Below are positions 17,177 through 25,967 of a stretch of 28,953 nucleotides of DNA, one piece after another; position 1 is the stretch's first letter, and each line of letters starts with the position of its first letter. The stretch is from Bacteroidota bacterium. GTDB lineage: Bacteria; Bacteroidota; Bacteroidia; Bacteroidales; PUMT01. The notes beneath the pieces are model-generated. The model saw nothing but the letters and a program-made list of their open reading frames with translations. It searched no databases and had not been told where the DNA came from. The position numbers and the translations under genes are program-made. The DNA lies in contig PWPZ01000025.1 of assembly GCA_003556985.1 (NCBI GenBank), positions 1 through 28,953 of the forward strand, in the 5' to 3' direction.

Positions 17177-17184
17177 CAAATGTA
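17177..17184 (-). promoter_or_regulatory. -7 element (TACATTTG) of the ECF sigma gene
   Basis: Exact TAnnTTTG match on the minus strand 41 bp upstream of the ATG. Confidence 0.6.
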
Positions 17185-17659
17185 CGGAGAAAATAGACAT
17201 GATGCAAATATTCTATCAAGAAAAAGTCTAAATAAATGTTAAAAAACCCGCATTTGCTTGCATGTCAATAATTAAGAATGGTTTTAAGTAAAAAATGTTT
17301 ATCGCAAAACATAAAAAGTTAAACAAAGGGGTTGGAGCGCAGACTATTTAAGGGTTTGCGAAATCATCGGGCTGCCGGTACAGGTGAATGGTTACTTACT
17401 ATGTAAGTTACTAAAAAATCGTCAGGAAAACAAAAATAGGTGAGGTTATTTATTGCCTGATAATCAATAATTAGGTAATGGCGATTCAGGCTTGTGAATT
17501 CGCATTATTTGGGCAGGATATTTTTTAACTCCGGGGTTTGCCCGGGAAATATTATGATTTATAAAACTGGCAGGGCAGGCTGAAAAGCCATGGTTAAAGG
17601 ATGAAACAGGGAATAAAGCCACCGCCGGTAAAATCTGGCTTATGTTTTACCCGACCGGC

Positions 17660-18547
17660 TTATTGATTAATGCTTTCGATAATTTCCAGGAAATGGTTTG
17701 CGGACTCTACTTTTAAAATGTTATCAGGAAGGTCTCCATCTATCTTCCGGACCTGATGACCGGTGCAAAATATTTTCTGTTGGCGGAAAGTCTGACCCAG
17801 CTTTTGCAGGTATTCTTTTAGTGATTTTTCAGAAATTCCCGTCGAAAAGGAGGTGAGGAAATAATCAGCTTTCTGAATGGTGATTATTTGTTTTAGATCG
17901 TCAAAAGGGACTGCCTGTCCGAGATATATAACACTGTACCCGTTTTTTTTAAGCAGGTAGGTGTAGAATAACAAGCCCAGCTCATGCAGTTCATTTTCAT
18001 GAAGGAATAGAATAAACGTGCTATGCCTGTTCCTGATTACCGGTTCCTGTCCGTCAATTGCAGCAATCAGCTTTTGCCTGAACAGATTCGAAATAAAATG
18101 CTCCTGGGCAGGAATAATCGATCCGGTTTGCCAGAGGATGCCTATTTTTTCGAAAAAGGGGTGAATTATATTCACAACAGTTTCTTCGAACCCTGTTTTA
18201 ATAATCGAATTTGAAAGGATTTTGTTAAATTTCCATTCGTCCAGTTCCAGCATTGAGATTATCAGATTTTCGATCTGAATTTCAGTATCTGTGGTTTCCC
18301 GTGAAATATGGATTACCTTTTCTTTCAGATCGTTGTATGATAATTTGGCCAGATGCGATATTTTAAGCCCGTGTCTGTTGAGAATGGAAACATTGAGAAG
18401 TTTTTTCAGATCCTCATCGCTGTAAAACCTGATGTTTGTAGCTGTCCTTTCAGGCACAATTATACTGTAGCGTTTTTCCCATATCCTTATAGTATGGGCT
18501 TTGATGCCTGAGAGTTCCTCTAAATCTTTTATAGAGTATCTGGCCAT
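17660..18547 (-). CDS. MerR-family regulator with cobalamin-binding domain (CarH/CarA/LitR type)
   Basis: N-terminal MerR HTH (YSIKDLEELSGIKAHTIRIWEKRY...R.YS). It has W139-x9-E149-H150, E186-x-H188-x2-G191 and YLG, matching the AdoB12-binding signatures of CarH. Confidence 0.9.
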   Translation of the reverse strand: MARYSIKDLEELSGIKAHTIRIWEKRYSIIVPERTATNIRFYSDEDLKKLLNVSILNRHGLKISHLAKLSYNDLKEKVIHISRETTDTEIQIENLIISMLELDEWKFNKILSNSIIKTGFEETVVNIIHPFFEKIGILWQTGSIIPAQEHFISNLFRQKLIAAIDGQEPVIRNRHSTFILFLHENELHELGLLFYTYLLKKNGYSVIYLGQAVPFDDLKQIITIQKADYFLTSFSTGISEKSLKEYLQKLGQTFRQQKIFCTGHQVRKIDGDLPDNILKVESANHFLEIIESINQ

Positions 18548-18875
18548 GTTTCCGGGTTTATGTTAATTGTTTTTACCATTTAAATGCACATTAAATTTTC
18601 AGGACTTTTTTACCGGAACAGGTATTATGTCCGTTATGGTGCAATATTAGGATAATTAACGTAATAACAATGATTAAATAGATAAACAACATAGTTAACA
18701 AAAAAAATAATAAAAAGTTCTGAGAAAAACTAATTGTTATTTAAATATGTATATGTGTTCTTAGTTTATCGAGCCGCATTAAGACAACCATATTATATTA
18801 TTACAATATAATATCATCATCCTGTAAAATGTTCACCGGAAAGCAGGATATAAAATCATAAGGTTCACTGCGGGT

Positions 18876-19514
18876 TCACTTCTTTCTCACAACCATCAGT
18901 CCGTCGCGCACCGGAACAATTAAATTTTCAACCCTGTCGTCTTTGGTTATCATACGGTTGAACTCCATAATATACCGGGTATATTCGTCCTCCCGGAATT
19001 CCGGCTTATAAACCTTGTCATCCCAAAATACGTTATCGACTATTATAAATCCCCCCTTTTTTACTTTAGGTAAGGCAAGATTGTAATACTGGCTGTACTC
19101 CGATTTTTCTCCGTCAATAAACACAAGGTCGAACGGGCCGCTGAGAGAGGGGATTATATCCAGTGCGTTTCCTGTGTGAAGGATAATTCTGTCTTCCATG
19201 CCCGACTTGCGAATATACTTCAAGGCAAATTCCTTTATTTCATCGTTAATGTCTATGGTGTGAAGACACCCCTTTGCCGCAAGTCCCCGTGCCATGCATA
19301 TAGCAGAGTATCCGGTGAAAGTGCCTATCTCAAGGATTTGCCGGGGTTTTATCATAAAGCTTATCATCTCCAGGAACTTACCCTGATAATGACCGGAAAT
19401 CATTTTCGGGTTAAGCATTCTGAGATATGTCTGCCTGTTGAGTTCCGCAAGCAACGGATCTTCGGGAGTGCAATGATCCAGTATATATTCATCTTTTTTT
19501 TGAAGATAGTCCAT
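18876..19514 (-). CDS. Class I SAM-dependent O-methyltransferase (caffeoyl-CoA OMT/YrrM-like family)
   Basis: Motifs MISGHYQGKFL, LEIGTFTGYS, FDLVFIDGEK and IIVDNV; 212 aa. Confidence 0.9.
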   Translation of the reverse strand: MDYLQKKDEYILDHCTPEDPLLAELNRQTYLRMLNPKMISGHYQGKFLEMISFMIKPRQILEIGTFTGYSAICMARGLAAKGCLHTIDINDEIKEFALKYIRKSGMEDRIILHTGNALDIIPSLSGPFDLVFIDGEKSEYSQYYNLALPKVKKGGFIIVDNVFWDDKVYKPEFREDEYTRYIMEFNRMITKDDRVENLIVPVRDGLMVVRKK

Positions 19515-19691
19515 GCCGGTAAATGATTATGATTAAGAAAAACAGAACAACCCGGGAATAAACAGATTGTTTGAATCATATATATAAATAAAGTCTGAAA
19601 AGTATAGTTCGGATTACTGGTTTTTATGCCCCGTTCCGTCAAAAATTGCAGCTCCTGCTATACGGATACTCAAACATTTCCAGCATCCCGG

Positions 19692-20912
19692 TCAGTTATA
19701 AACAAGTTCAGACAGACTGTCGGGATCGAGAACTATGTTTGCCGCTTCCATAAGTTCTTCGGAGGTTGTTAGTTCAATTTTCCTGTATATCTCCTCCATG
19801 GTATCAACCCGGTTAAACCGCATATAGCTTTTTCCGATCGAAAGCATAAGATTTTCCATGTTTTCCCATCCGATGGTAATTTGCCCGATCAATTGCCTTT
19901 TTGCTCTTTTTAATTGAATGGGCGTCAGAGGGTTGTTCCTCAGTCTGCCGAATTCACGATGAGCCAGGTGCCGGCATTTTGACAGCCTTTCCCTGTCGGT
20001 TCCAAAATAAACCAACAGGATGCCGGTGTTTGAGTAGGCGGTGTAGTGGGATTCCACATTGTAGGCATATCCTGATTTTTCACGCAGGGAAAGGTTCAGC
20101 CGTGAGTTCATGCCGGGCCCTCCCAGAATATTGTTAAGCAGAACCATGGGAATCCTCCGCTTGTCGTGATAGTCAAATGCAAGATTGCCGATTATGCAGT
20201 GTGTCTGATGTGTCTTCTTCTTAACTGCTTTTGAGACCGGCATATAGCCGCTGACAGCCTTTCTTGTCAACGGAGCCTTATTCCGGGGAATGCATTCAAG
20301 GTACCTGTCTGCAAATTTCAGAACTTTGCAGAAATCAATGTCTCCAACCGAGCTGAAAACCATCCGGTCGGTTTGGTAATGGTTGACCATAAACTTCAGG
20401 ATATCTTCGCGGGTAAATCTTTTTAAATTTACCGGGGTGCCAAGGATATTTCTCCCAATGGAATTTCCCTTGAAAACCAGCTCCTCGAAATCATCGAATA
20501 TCTGTTCCGAGGGGGTATCCCTGTAGGAAAGGATCTCGTCAATTATTATCTCCTTTTCACGGACCAGCTCCTTTTCAGGGAAAATTGAGTGGAAGGCCAT
20601 ATCACATATCAATTCCAGCGACCGCTCAAAATCATCTTTAAGAAACGCGGAATAAATGCATGTTTCTTCTTTTCCTGTATATGCATTGATTTCTCCTCCC
20701 CTTGTTTCCAGCCTGTTTATTATATGGTGGGCTTTTCTTTTTTTGGTTCCCTTGAAGATCAGATGTTCAATGAAATGAGCCATACCGTGTTCAGATGCAT
20801 TTTCATCCCGGGAACCTGTGTTAATAAGCAGTCCGCAATGAGCAATCCTTGACGGTACCTGATAATGAATGATCCTGATCCCGTTATTTAAAGTATGTGT
20901 ATTCAGTTCCAT
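19692..20912 (-). CDS. M16 family (pitrilysin/insulinase-like) zinc peptidase
   Basis: Inverted zinc motif HFIEH, NAYT, downstream Glu (EKEIIIDE) and C-half R/Y pair (LREKSGYAY). I chose ATG 20912 as start because the track's TTG 20921 lies inside a -7 box. Confidence 0.92.
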   Translation of the reverse strand: MELNTHTLNNGIRIIHYQVPSRIAHCGLLINTGSRDENASEHGMAHFIEHLIFKGTKKRKAHHIINRLETRGGEINAYTGKEETCIYSAFLKDDFERSLELICDMAFHSIFPEKELVREKEIIIDEILSYRDTPSEQIFDDFEELVFKGNSIGRNILGTPVNLKRFTREDILKFMVNHYQTDRMVFSSVGDIDFCKVLKFADRYLECIPRNKAPLTRKAVSGYMPVSKAVKKKTHQTHCIIGNLAFDYHDKRRIPMVLLNNILGGPGMNSRLNLSLREKSGYAYNVESHYTAYSNTGILLVYFGTDRERLSKCRHLAHREFGRLRNNPLTPIQLKRAKRQLIGQITIGWENMENLMLSIGKSYMRFNRVDTMEEIYRKIELTTSEELMEAANIVLDPDSLSELVYN

Positions 20913-20918
20913 GGATTG

Positions 20919-20926
20919 CAAAAGTA
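20919..20926 (-). promoter_or_regulatory. -7 element (TACTTTTG) immediately upstream of the M16 peptidase ATG
   Basis: Exact TAnnTTTG match, followed by only CAATCC before the ATG. Confidence 0.55.
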
Positions 20927-21000
20927 TAAACCTTGAATGAGAAAAATAAATTAAGTTGAATTAGTTTACATAAAAACGACGATTGTATTGAAAAATCATT

Positions 21001-21030
21001 TTTGAAAGAAGATTTTTTTTCATAGATTTG
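21001..21030 (+). promoter_or_regulatory. tRNA-Phe promoter: TTTG-N18-TAGATTTG
   Basis: The -7 box (21023-21030) is an exact match 14 bp before the tRNA. TTTG at 21001-21004 gives an 18-nt spacer, slightly shorter than the usual 19-21. Confidence 0.65.
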
Positions 21031-21044
21031 CATCCTCTTATCAA

Positions 21045-21117
<73 letters not shown>

Positions 21118-21120
21118 CAT

Positions 21121-21160
21121 AATGCAGGATGTCTTTAACAGGCCTCCTGCATTTTGCTTT
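21121..21160 (+). terminator. Putative terminator after tRNA-Phe
   Basis: AATGCAGGA...TCCTGCATT 9-bp inverted repeat followed by TTGCTTT; the loop is long. Confidence 0.5.
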
Positions 21161-21219
21161 ATGGGTCAAGGGTTTCAGGGGGTCTGGCAGAAATGGATTT
21201 CAGGGATTTCGTGCTTTTC

Positions 21220-21241
21220 GCATAACAATTGCATAACAATT
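21220..21241. repeat. Perfect 11-bp tandem duplication GCATAACAATT x2
   Basis: Directly read at 21220-21230 and 21231-21241. Confidence 0.9.
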
Positions 21242-21316
21242 TCCTGACAAATTATCAGGGGCGTTGTATTGCCGCTTGAATTAATGATGAATTGGAATGA
21301 GAATGCATCCGGTAAA

Positions 21317-21943
21317 TCAGCTTTTCACAAAAAAATAGCTTCGTTTTTCAGTTTTGTCATCATAGGTGTAAACTTCTTTTCCCGGAAGGGAAGCGAAATA
21401 ATTCACCATCGCAAAATCACCAATGCACATGGTGCTGTGCATGAAAATAGCAACAAGGGCTGCCCACTGAACCCCGGTAGAGCCAAAAACAATGCCTGCA
21501 AGGAACAGAAGATTTATTAAAACGAAGGGAGAGAAGGCCACCACGTAAAAATCATATTTGCCTGCCACAAATCCGGGTGCACTGGCATAAAACAACATTT
21601 GCCTCATATCGGCACCGAACTTTACCCTGGGAGCTCCTGTAAGCTTATAGGCAAGACCATGAACCATTTCGTGAAAAGGGATCACAACAATCATACCTGC
21701 AACAATTCCAATGCCCAGGTACATCCAGTACTGTCCCCATGAAATCCAGGAATGGAATATATTGCCCGCAGTAAAGAGCACTATTAAGGCAAACAGCACG
21801 ATGTTGAATCCGTAAAAAAAAGCTACCGGCCATCTTAACAGTTTCATCTGGGCCATTACAAACTCGACTATCTGATCATGGCCGAGTTCCTTTATAAGCG
21901 AATAGTTGCCGGAATTTCTTACTTCTTCGGGAGTCAATGTCAT
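21317..21943 (-). CDS. DUF3267-like membrane protein with HExxH motif (putative zinc metalloprotease)
   Basis: TM segments, VVIPFHEMVHGLAYKLTGA..VKFG, and AFSPFVLI...MHSTMCIGDF. I moved the start to ATG 21943 (MTLTPEEV); the track's upstream extension runs through the intergenic region into gpmI. Confidence 0.75.
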   Translation of the reverse strand: MTLTPEEVRNSGNYSLIKELGHDQIVEFVMAQMKLLRWPVAFFYGFNIVLFALIVLFTAGNIFHSWISWGQYWMYLGIGIVAGMIVVIPFHEMVHGLAYKLTGAPRVKFGADMRQMLFYASAPGFVAGKYDFYVVAFSPFVLINLLFLAGIVFGSTGVQWAALVAIFMHSTMCIGDFAMVNYFASLPGKEVYTYDDKTEKRSYFFVKS

Positions 21944-22063
21944 TGATGAATTATTTGGATTCTTGCTGATGCCAGATGCTAAGTTATAAAAACATGCCGG
22001 CAATTTCTGCCTCCCGGTCCATATTATTTTGAATGCCTCATTTTTTCTCTCCGCAAAAAAGAA

Positions 22064-22071
22064 TAATTTTG
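22064..22071 (+). promoter_or_regulatory. Candidate -7 element (TAATTTTG) for the gpmI operon
   Basis: Exact TAnnTTTG match 41 bp upstream of the gpmI ATG. Confidence 0.5.
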
Positions 22072-22112
22072 CAAAGTGTTTTATAATAGGATAAAAAAGC
22101 AATAAAAAAACT

Positions 22113-23636
22113 ATGGAAGATAAAAAAACAATACTTATAATACTTGACGGGTGGGGAATAGGCGACAAATCAAAAGCCGACCTGATTTTTAATTCCCATA
22201 CCCCGGTAATGGACCGGCTAACGGAAGAATATCCCAGCTCCCGGCTTATGGCAGCCGGTGAGCATGTAGGGTTGCCCGATGGACAAATGGGGAATTCAGA
22301 AGTCGGACACCTTAATATCGGCGCCGGGAGAATAGTTTATCAGGATCTGGTAAAGATAAACCTTGCAATTGAAGACAATTCCATTTCGGAAAATCCGGTC
22401 ATGAAAGAAGCCATGAACTATGCCAGTGAGAACGGGAAGGCCGTTCATTTTCTCGGACTGGTAAGCGACGGAGGCGTGCATTCTTCCGAAAAACATCTTT
22501 ATAAACTATGTGATATTACCAAAGAGTACGGATTAAAGGATGTATTTATCCATGCCTTTACCGACGGCCGGGATACCGATCCCAAAAGTGGTTACGGATT
22601 TATTGAAAAACTGATCAGCCATCTTGAAAAATCCAATGGAAAGATCGCCTCTCTGGTAGGACGATATTATGCCATGGACAGGGATAAGCGCTGGGAAAGA
22701 ATAAAGGAGGCATATGATTTGATGGTGAAGGGGCGGGGCCGTAAAACCACTGATATACTTAAGGCAATCAATGATTCATATGAAGAAGGTGTTACCGATG
22801 AGTTTATTAAGCCTGTTGTTATGGTCGGCCAGGACGGTGAGCCGGCAGGAACCATAAAAGAGGGAGATGTGGTAATATGCTTTAATTTCCGGACCGACCG
22901 GCTGAGGCAGATCACCGTTGCCCTGACACAAAAGGATTTCCCTGAATATAATATGAATACCATTCCCCTGCATTATGTCACAATGACCCGCTATGACGAT
23001 TCTTTCAGGGGTGTCAGGATCATGTTCGATAAAGATAACCTCGAGAATACAATGGGGGACCTTGTTGCAAAGGCAGGTAAAAAGCAGTTGAGAATAGCAG
23101 AAACTGAAAAATACGGCCATGTAACCTTCTTTTTTTCAGGAGGACGGGAAATGCCGTTTGAAAATGAGAACCGGATAATGATACCTTCTCCAAAGGTTGC
23201 AACATATGATTTGAAGCCGGAAATGAGTGCCTATGAGGTGAAGGATGCAGTAGTGGCTGAAATGGATCAGAAAAGCGTTGATTTTATCTGCCTTAATTTT
23301 GCAAATTGCGATATGGTTGGCCATACGGGTGATTATGAGGCTATCCGGAAAGCTGTTGAGGCGGTGGACATTTGTCTGGGGGAAGTAGTTGAGGCTGCCG
23401 GCAGAAATGGATATGCTGCACTGATCATTGCCGATCACGGCAATGCCGATTATGTTCTTAATCCTGATGAATCTATTAATACCGCCCATTCACTTAACCC
23501 GGTACCGTGTGTTCTGGTTTCCGGCGATCACAGTAAAATCGAAGAAGGGATACTTGCCGATGTCGCCCCCACACTTCTTCATATAATGGGTATTGCCCCG
23601 CCGGAAGAAATGACCGGTAAAATTCTGGTTAAATGA
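22113..23636 (+). CDS. gpmI: 2,3-bisphosphoglycerate-independent phosphoglycerate mutase
   Basis: Motifs [16 protein letters not shown] (catalytic Ser), [45 protein letters not shown] and TAHS; 507 aa. Confidence 0.97.
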   Translation: MEDKKTILIILDGWGIGDKSKADLIFNSHTPVMDRLTEEYPSSRLMAAGEHVGLPDGQMGNSEVGHLNIGAGRIVYQDLVKINLAIEDNSISENPVMKEAMNYASENGKAVHFLGLVSDGGVHSSEKHLYKLCDITKEYGLKDVFIHAFTDGRDTDPKSGYGFIEKLISHLEKSNGKIASLVGRYYAMDRDKRWERIKEAYDLMVKGRGRKTTDILKAINDSYEEGVTDEFIKPVVMVGQDGEPAGTIKEGDVVICFNFRTDRLRQITVALTQKDFPEYNMNTIPLHYVTMTRYDDSFRGVRIMFDKDNLENTMGDLVAKAGKKQLRIAETEKYGHVTFFFSGGREMPFENENRIMIPSPKVATYDLKPEMSAYEVKDAVVAEMDQKSVDFICLNFANCDMVGHTGDYEAIRKAVEAVDICLGEVVEAAGRNGYAALIIADHGNADYVLNPDESINTAHSLNPVPCVLVSGDHSKIEEGILADVAPTLLHIMGIAPPEEMTGKILVK

Positions 23637-24223
23637 GTAGTAATATGCTGCAGATAGATGAAAAGGTTGTCGGACTGGCGGTTCTGGAAGAGAAGTTTGT
23701 GTGTGATCTTGACAAATGTCATGGAGCATGCTGTGTGCAGGGAGATGCCGGTGCGCCCCTTCTGCCTGAGGAACTACCCGTTTTAAAAGAGATACTGCCT
23801 GCCGTTATACCTTATCTTCGCCCGGAATCGGTAAGAAGTGTCGACGTGCAGGGAACCCATGTTATTGATGAGAGTGATGGCGAACCGGTTACCCCCCTTT
23901 TGAATGAGAAGGAATGTGTTTATGCGGTTTTTGAAAACGGCATTGCCCGCTGTGCAATTGAAAAAGCATGGTTTGAAGGAAAAATATCATTTCGAAAGCC
24001 TGTTTCCTGTCATCTATATCCCATAAGGATTAAGGAGTATGAAAATTTCACGGCAGTAAACTATGATCGCTGGCCGGTCTGCAAGCCTGCAATAGCAAAC
24101 GGAGAAAAACTTGACGTGGCGGTTTATGAGTTTTGCCGGGAATCCGTTAACAGGAGGTTTGGCAAGGAGTTTTATCACCAGCTTGAAATAGCCGCAGAAT
24201 CTTTTGCCGGAGATGAACAATAA
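23633..24223 (+). CDS. DUF3109-like cysteine-rich protein
   Basis: Motifs [31 protein letters not shown] and [15 protein letters not shown] overlap with the gpmI stop. Confidence 0.8.
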   Translation: MSSNMLQIDEKVVGLAVLEEKFVCDLDKCHGACCVQGDAGAPLLPEELPVLKEILPAVIPYLRPESVRSVDVQGTHVIDESDGEPVTPLLNEKECVYAVFENGIARCAIEKAWFEGKISFRKPVSCHLYPIRIKEYENFTAVNYDRWPVCKPAIANGEKLDVAVYEFCRESVNRRFGKEFYHQLEIAAESFAGDEQ

Positions 24224-24252
24224 CCCGGCTCCAAACTATAAAATCTGGAATT

Positions 24253-25623
24253 ATGGAAAAGTTAAATAATTTTATTGAGGAAAATAAAGGCCGGTTTGTT
24301 GAAGAATTGTTTGGTCTTTTGCGCATCCCTTCGGTCAGCTCCAAAAACGAGCATAAGGCGGATATGCACAAGGCGGCCGAATATATAAAAAAATCTCTTC
24401 TGGACGCAGGTGCAAAGACGGCCGAAATATTGCCAACCGACGGTCATCCGGTGGTTTACGCTGAAAAGATCATTGACCCCTCCTTGCCTGTTGTTATGGT
24501 ATACGGCCATTATGATGTTCAGCCGGTCGAACCTGTAGAACTTTGGAAATCTCCCCCTTTTGAACCCGAGATAAGGGATGAGAGGATATGGGGCAGGGGA
24601 GCAGATGATGATAAGGGGCAATTATTCATGCATGTAAAAGCCTTTGAATTTATGGTGAAAAACGGTTCCCTTCCCTGTAACGTAAAATTCATGATTGAGG
24701 GGGAGGAAGAAATTGGTTCTCCCAGCCTGGGCAAGTTCTGCGAAGAAAATGCCGGAAAGCTTAAATGTGATGTAATACTCGTTTCCGATACAAGCATGAT
24801 TGGCCGGGATGTGCCTTCGATAACCACCGGGTTGCGCGGACTAAGTTATGTTGAGGTTGAAGTTACAGGGCCCAACCGGGATCTTCATTCCGGATTGTAT
24901 GGTGGTGCCGTGGTTAATCCGGTTAATGTGCTTGCCAAAATGATAGCCTCTCTCACCGATGAAAACAACAGGATCACCATTTCTGGTTTTTATGATGATG
25001 TTGTCGGGGTAAGTCAGGAAGAACGCCAGGCAATGGGCAAGGCACCCTTCGATATAGAGAAGTACAAGAAGGAAATAGATGTTGATGAGCTGGGCGGGGA
25101 AGCCGGTTATTCAACCATGGAGCGTACAGGTATACGTCCCTCACTCGATGTAAACGGCATATGGGGAGGATACACCGGTGAAGGAGCGAAAACCATACTT
25201 CCGTCCAAAGCGTTTGCCAAAATATCGATGAGGCTTGTTCCGGATCAGAATTCCAAAAAGATAGATGAGTTGTTTATCAGTCATTTTAAATCAATAGCGC
25301 CCCCCGGTGTCAGGGTTGATGTACGTGTGCTCCATGGCGGAGAAGGGTATGTTTCTCCGGTAGATCACTCCGCCTACCGGGCTGCAAGCAAGGCATACGA
25401 AGATACCTTTGGTAAAAAGCCCGTACCTTTCCGAAGCGGTGGAAGTATACCCATTATTTCCCTTTTTGAAAAAGTCCTTGGTGTCAAATCAATATTAATG
25501 GGATTCGGACTGGAAAGCGATGCTATCCATTCACCCAACGAGAATTATCCCTTGTGGAATTTTTACAAGGGAATTGAGACTATACCGCTGTTTTACGATT
25601 ATTATTCAAAAGAGATGGAATAG
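24253..25623 (+). CDS. M20/M25/M40 family metallo-dipeptidase
   Basis: Metal-binding motifs YGHYDVQP, GRGADDDKGQ, EGEEEIGSP, VSDT and C-terminal IHSPNE. Confidence 0.92.
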   Translation: MEKLNNFIEENKGRFVEELFGLLRIPSVSSKNEHKADMHKAAEYIKKSLLDAGAKTAEILPTDGHPVVYAEKIIDPSLPVVMVYGHYDVQPVEPVELWKSPPFEPEIRDERIWGRGADDDKGQLFMHVKAFEFMVKNGSLPCNVKFMIEGEEEIGSPSLGKFCEENAGKLKCDVILVSDTSMIGRDVPSITTGLRGLSYVEVEVTGPNRDLHSGLYGGAVVNPVNVLAKMIASLTDENNRITISGFYDDVVGVSQEERQAMGKAPFDIEKYKKEIDVDELGGEAGYSTMERTGIRPSLDVNGIWGGYTGEGAKTILPSKAFAKISMRLVPDQNSKKIDELFISHFKSIAPPGVRVDVRVLHGGEGYVSPVDHSAYRAASKAYEDTFGKKPVPFRSGGSIPIISLFEKVLGVKSILMGFGLESDAIHSPNENYPLWNFYKGIETIPLFYDYYSKEME

Positions 25624-25671
25624 TTCAGGCATGTAAAGACTGCATGTAATGACTGTTTAAGCCAGCTTTCG

Positions 25672-25702
25672 AAACCGGTTACCTTTAAGGGACCGGTTTT
25701 TT
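25672..25702 (+). terminator. Intrinsic terminator after the dipeptidase
   Basis: AAACCGGT...ACCGGTTT stem with inner CCT/AGG pairing, followed by a T tract. Confidence 0.75.
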
Positions 25703-25833
25703 AATTCGCAATAGCCATATCTTTTATCACACATGCCTTTTTGGAAAAGCCCCTCCAAAACATCACCGCGATTTTAAGGACGCGAGTTTTCAAGCCAAAC
25801 TAAATAAAACAAGTAATAAGCAGTTGGGTATGC

Positions 25834-25901
25834 CAAAAATAAGGGGGTGTGGTTGAAATAAATAACAAAATAGTTAATTATATGCACAAAAATTTGGGGG
25901 T
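25834..25901. repeat. Two 15-bp direct repeats CAAAAAT(AA/TT)GGGGGT upstream of glnA
   Basis: 25834-25848 is CAAAAATAAGGGGGT and 25887-25901 is CAAAAATTTGGGGGT: 13/15 identical, 53 bp apart. Confidence 0.85.
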
Positions 25902-25924
25902 AATAAACAAAAAATATATATTTG
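25893..25924 (+). promoter_or_regulatory. glnA promoter: TTTG-N20-TATATTTG
   Basis: Both Bacteroidota elements match, with canonical spacing: -33 at 25893-25896 and -7 at 25917-25924. Confidence 0.72.
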
Positions 25925-25967
25925 TGTCATAATTCACTCCCTTTTAATAATAAAAAATTATTTGATT

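Noticed and set aside
17590-17650. Cobalamin-riboswitch-like words (AAACAGGGAA...GGTAAAATC) next to the B12 regulator
   Set aside because: The spacing is wrong, there is no B12-box (GCCACTG/ACTGT), and the words are on the plus strand with no downstream plus-strand gene.
18642-18649. TAATATTG as -7 box for the MerR gene
   Set aside because: Only a 7/8 match in very AT-rich DNA; plausible but not supportable as a feature.
21944-22168. 75-aa extension of the DUF3267-like ORF
   Set aside because: It runs through the divergent promoter region and overlaps the gpmI start; low-complexity composition.
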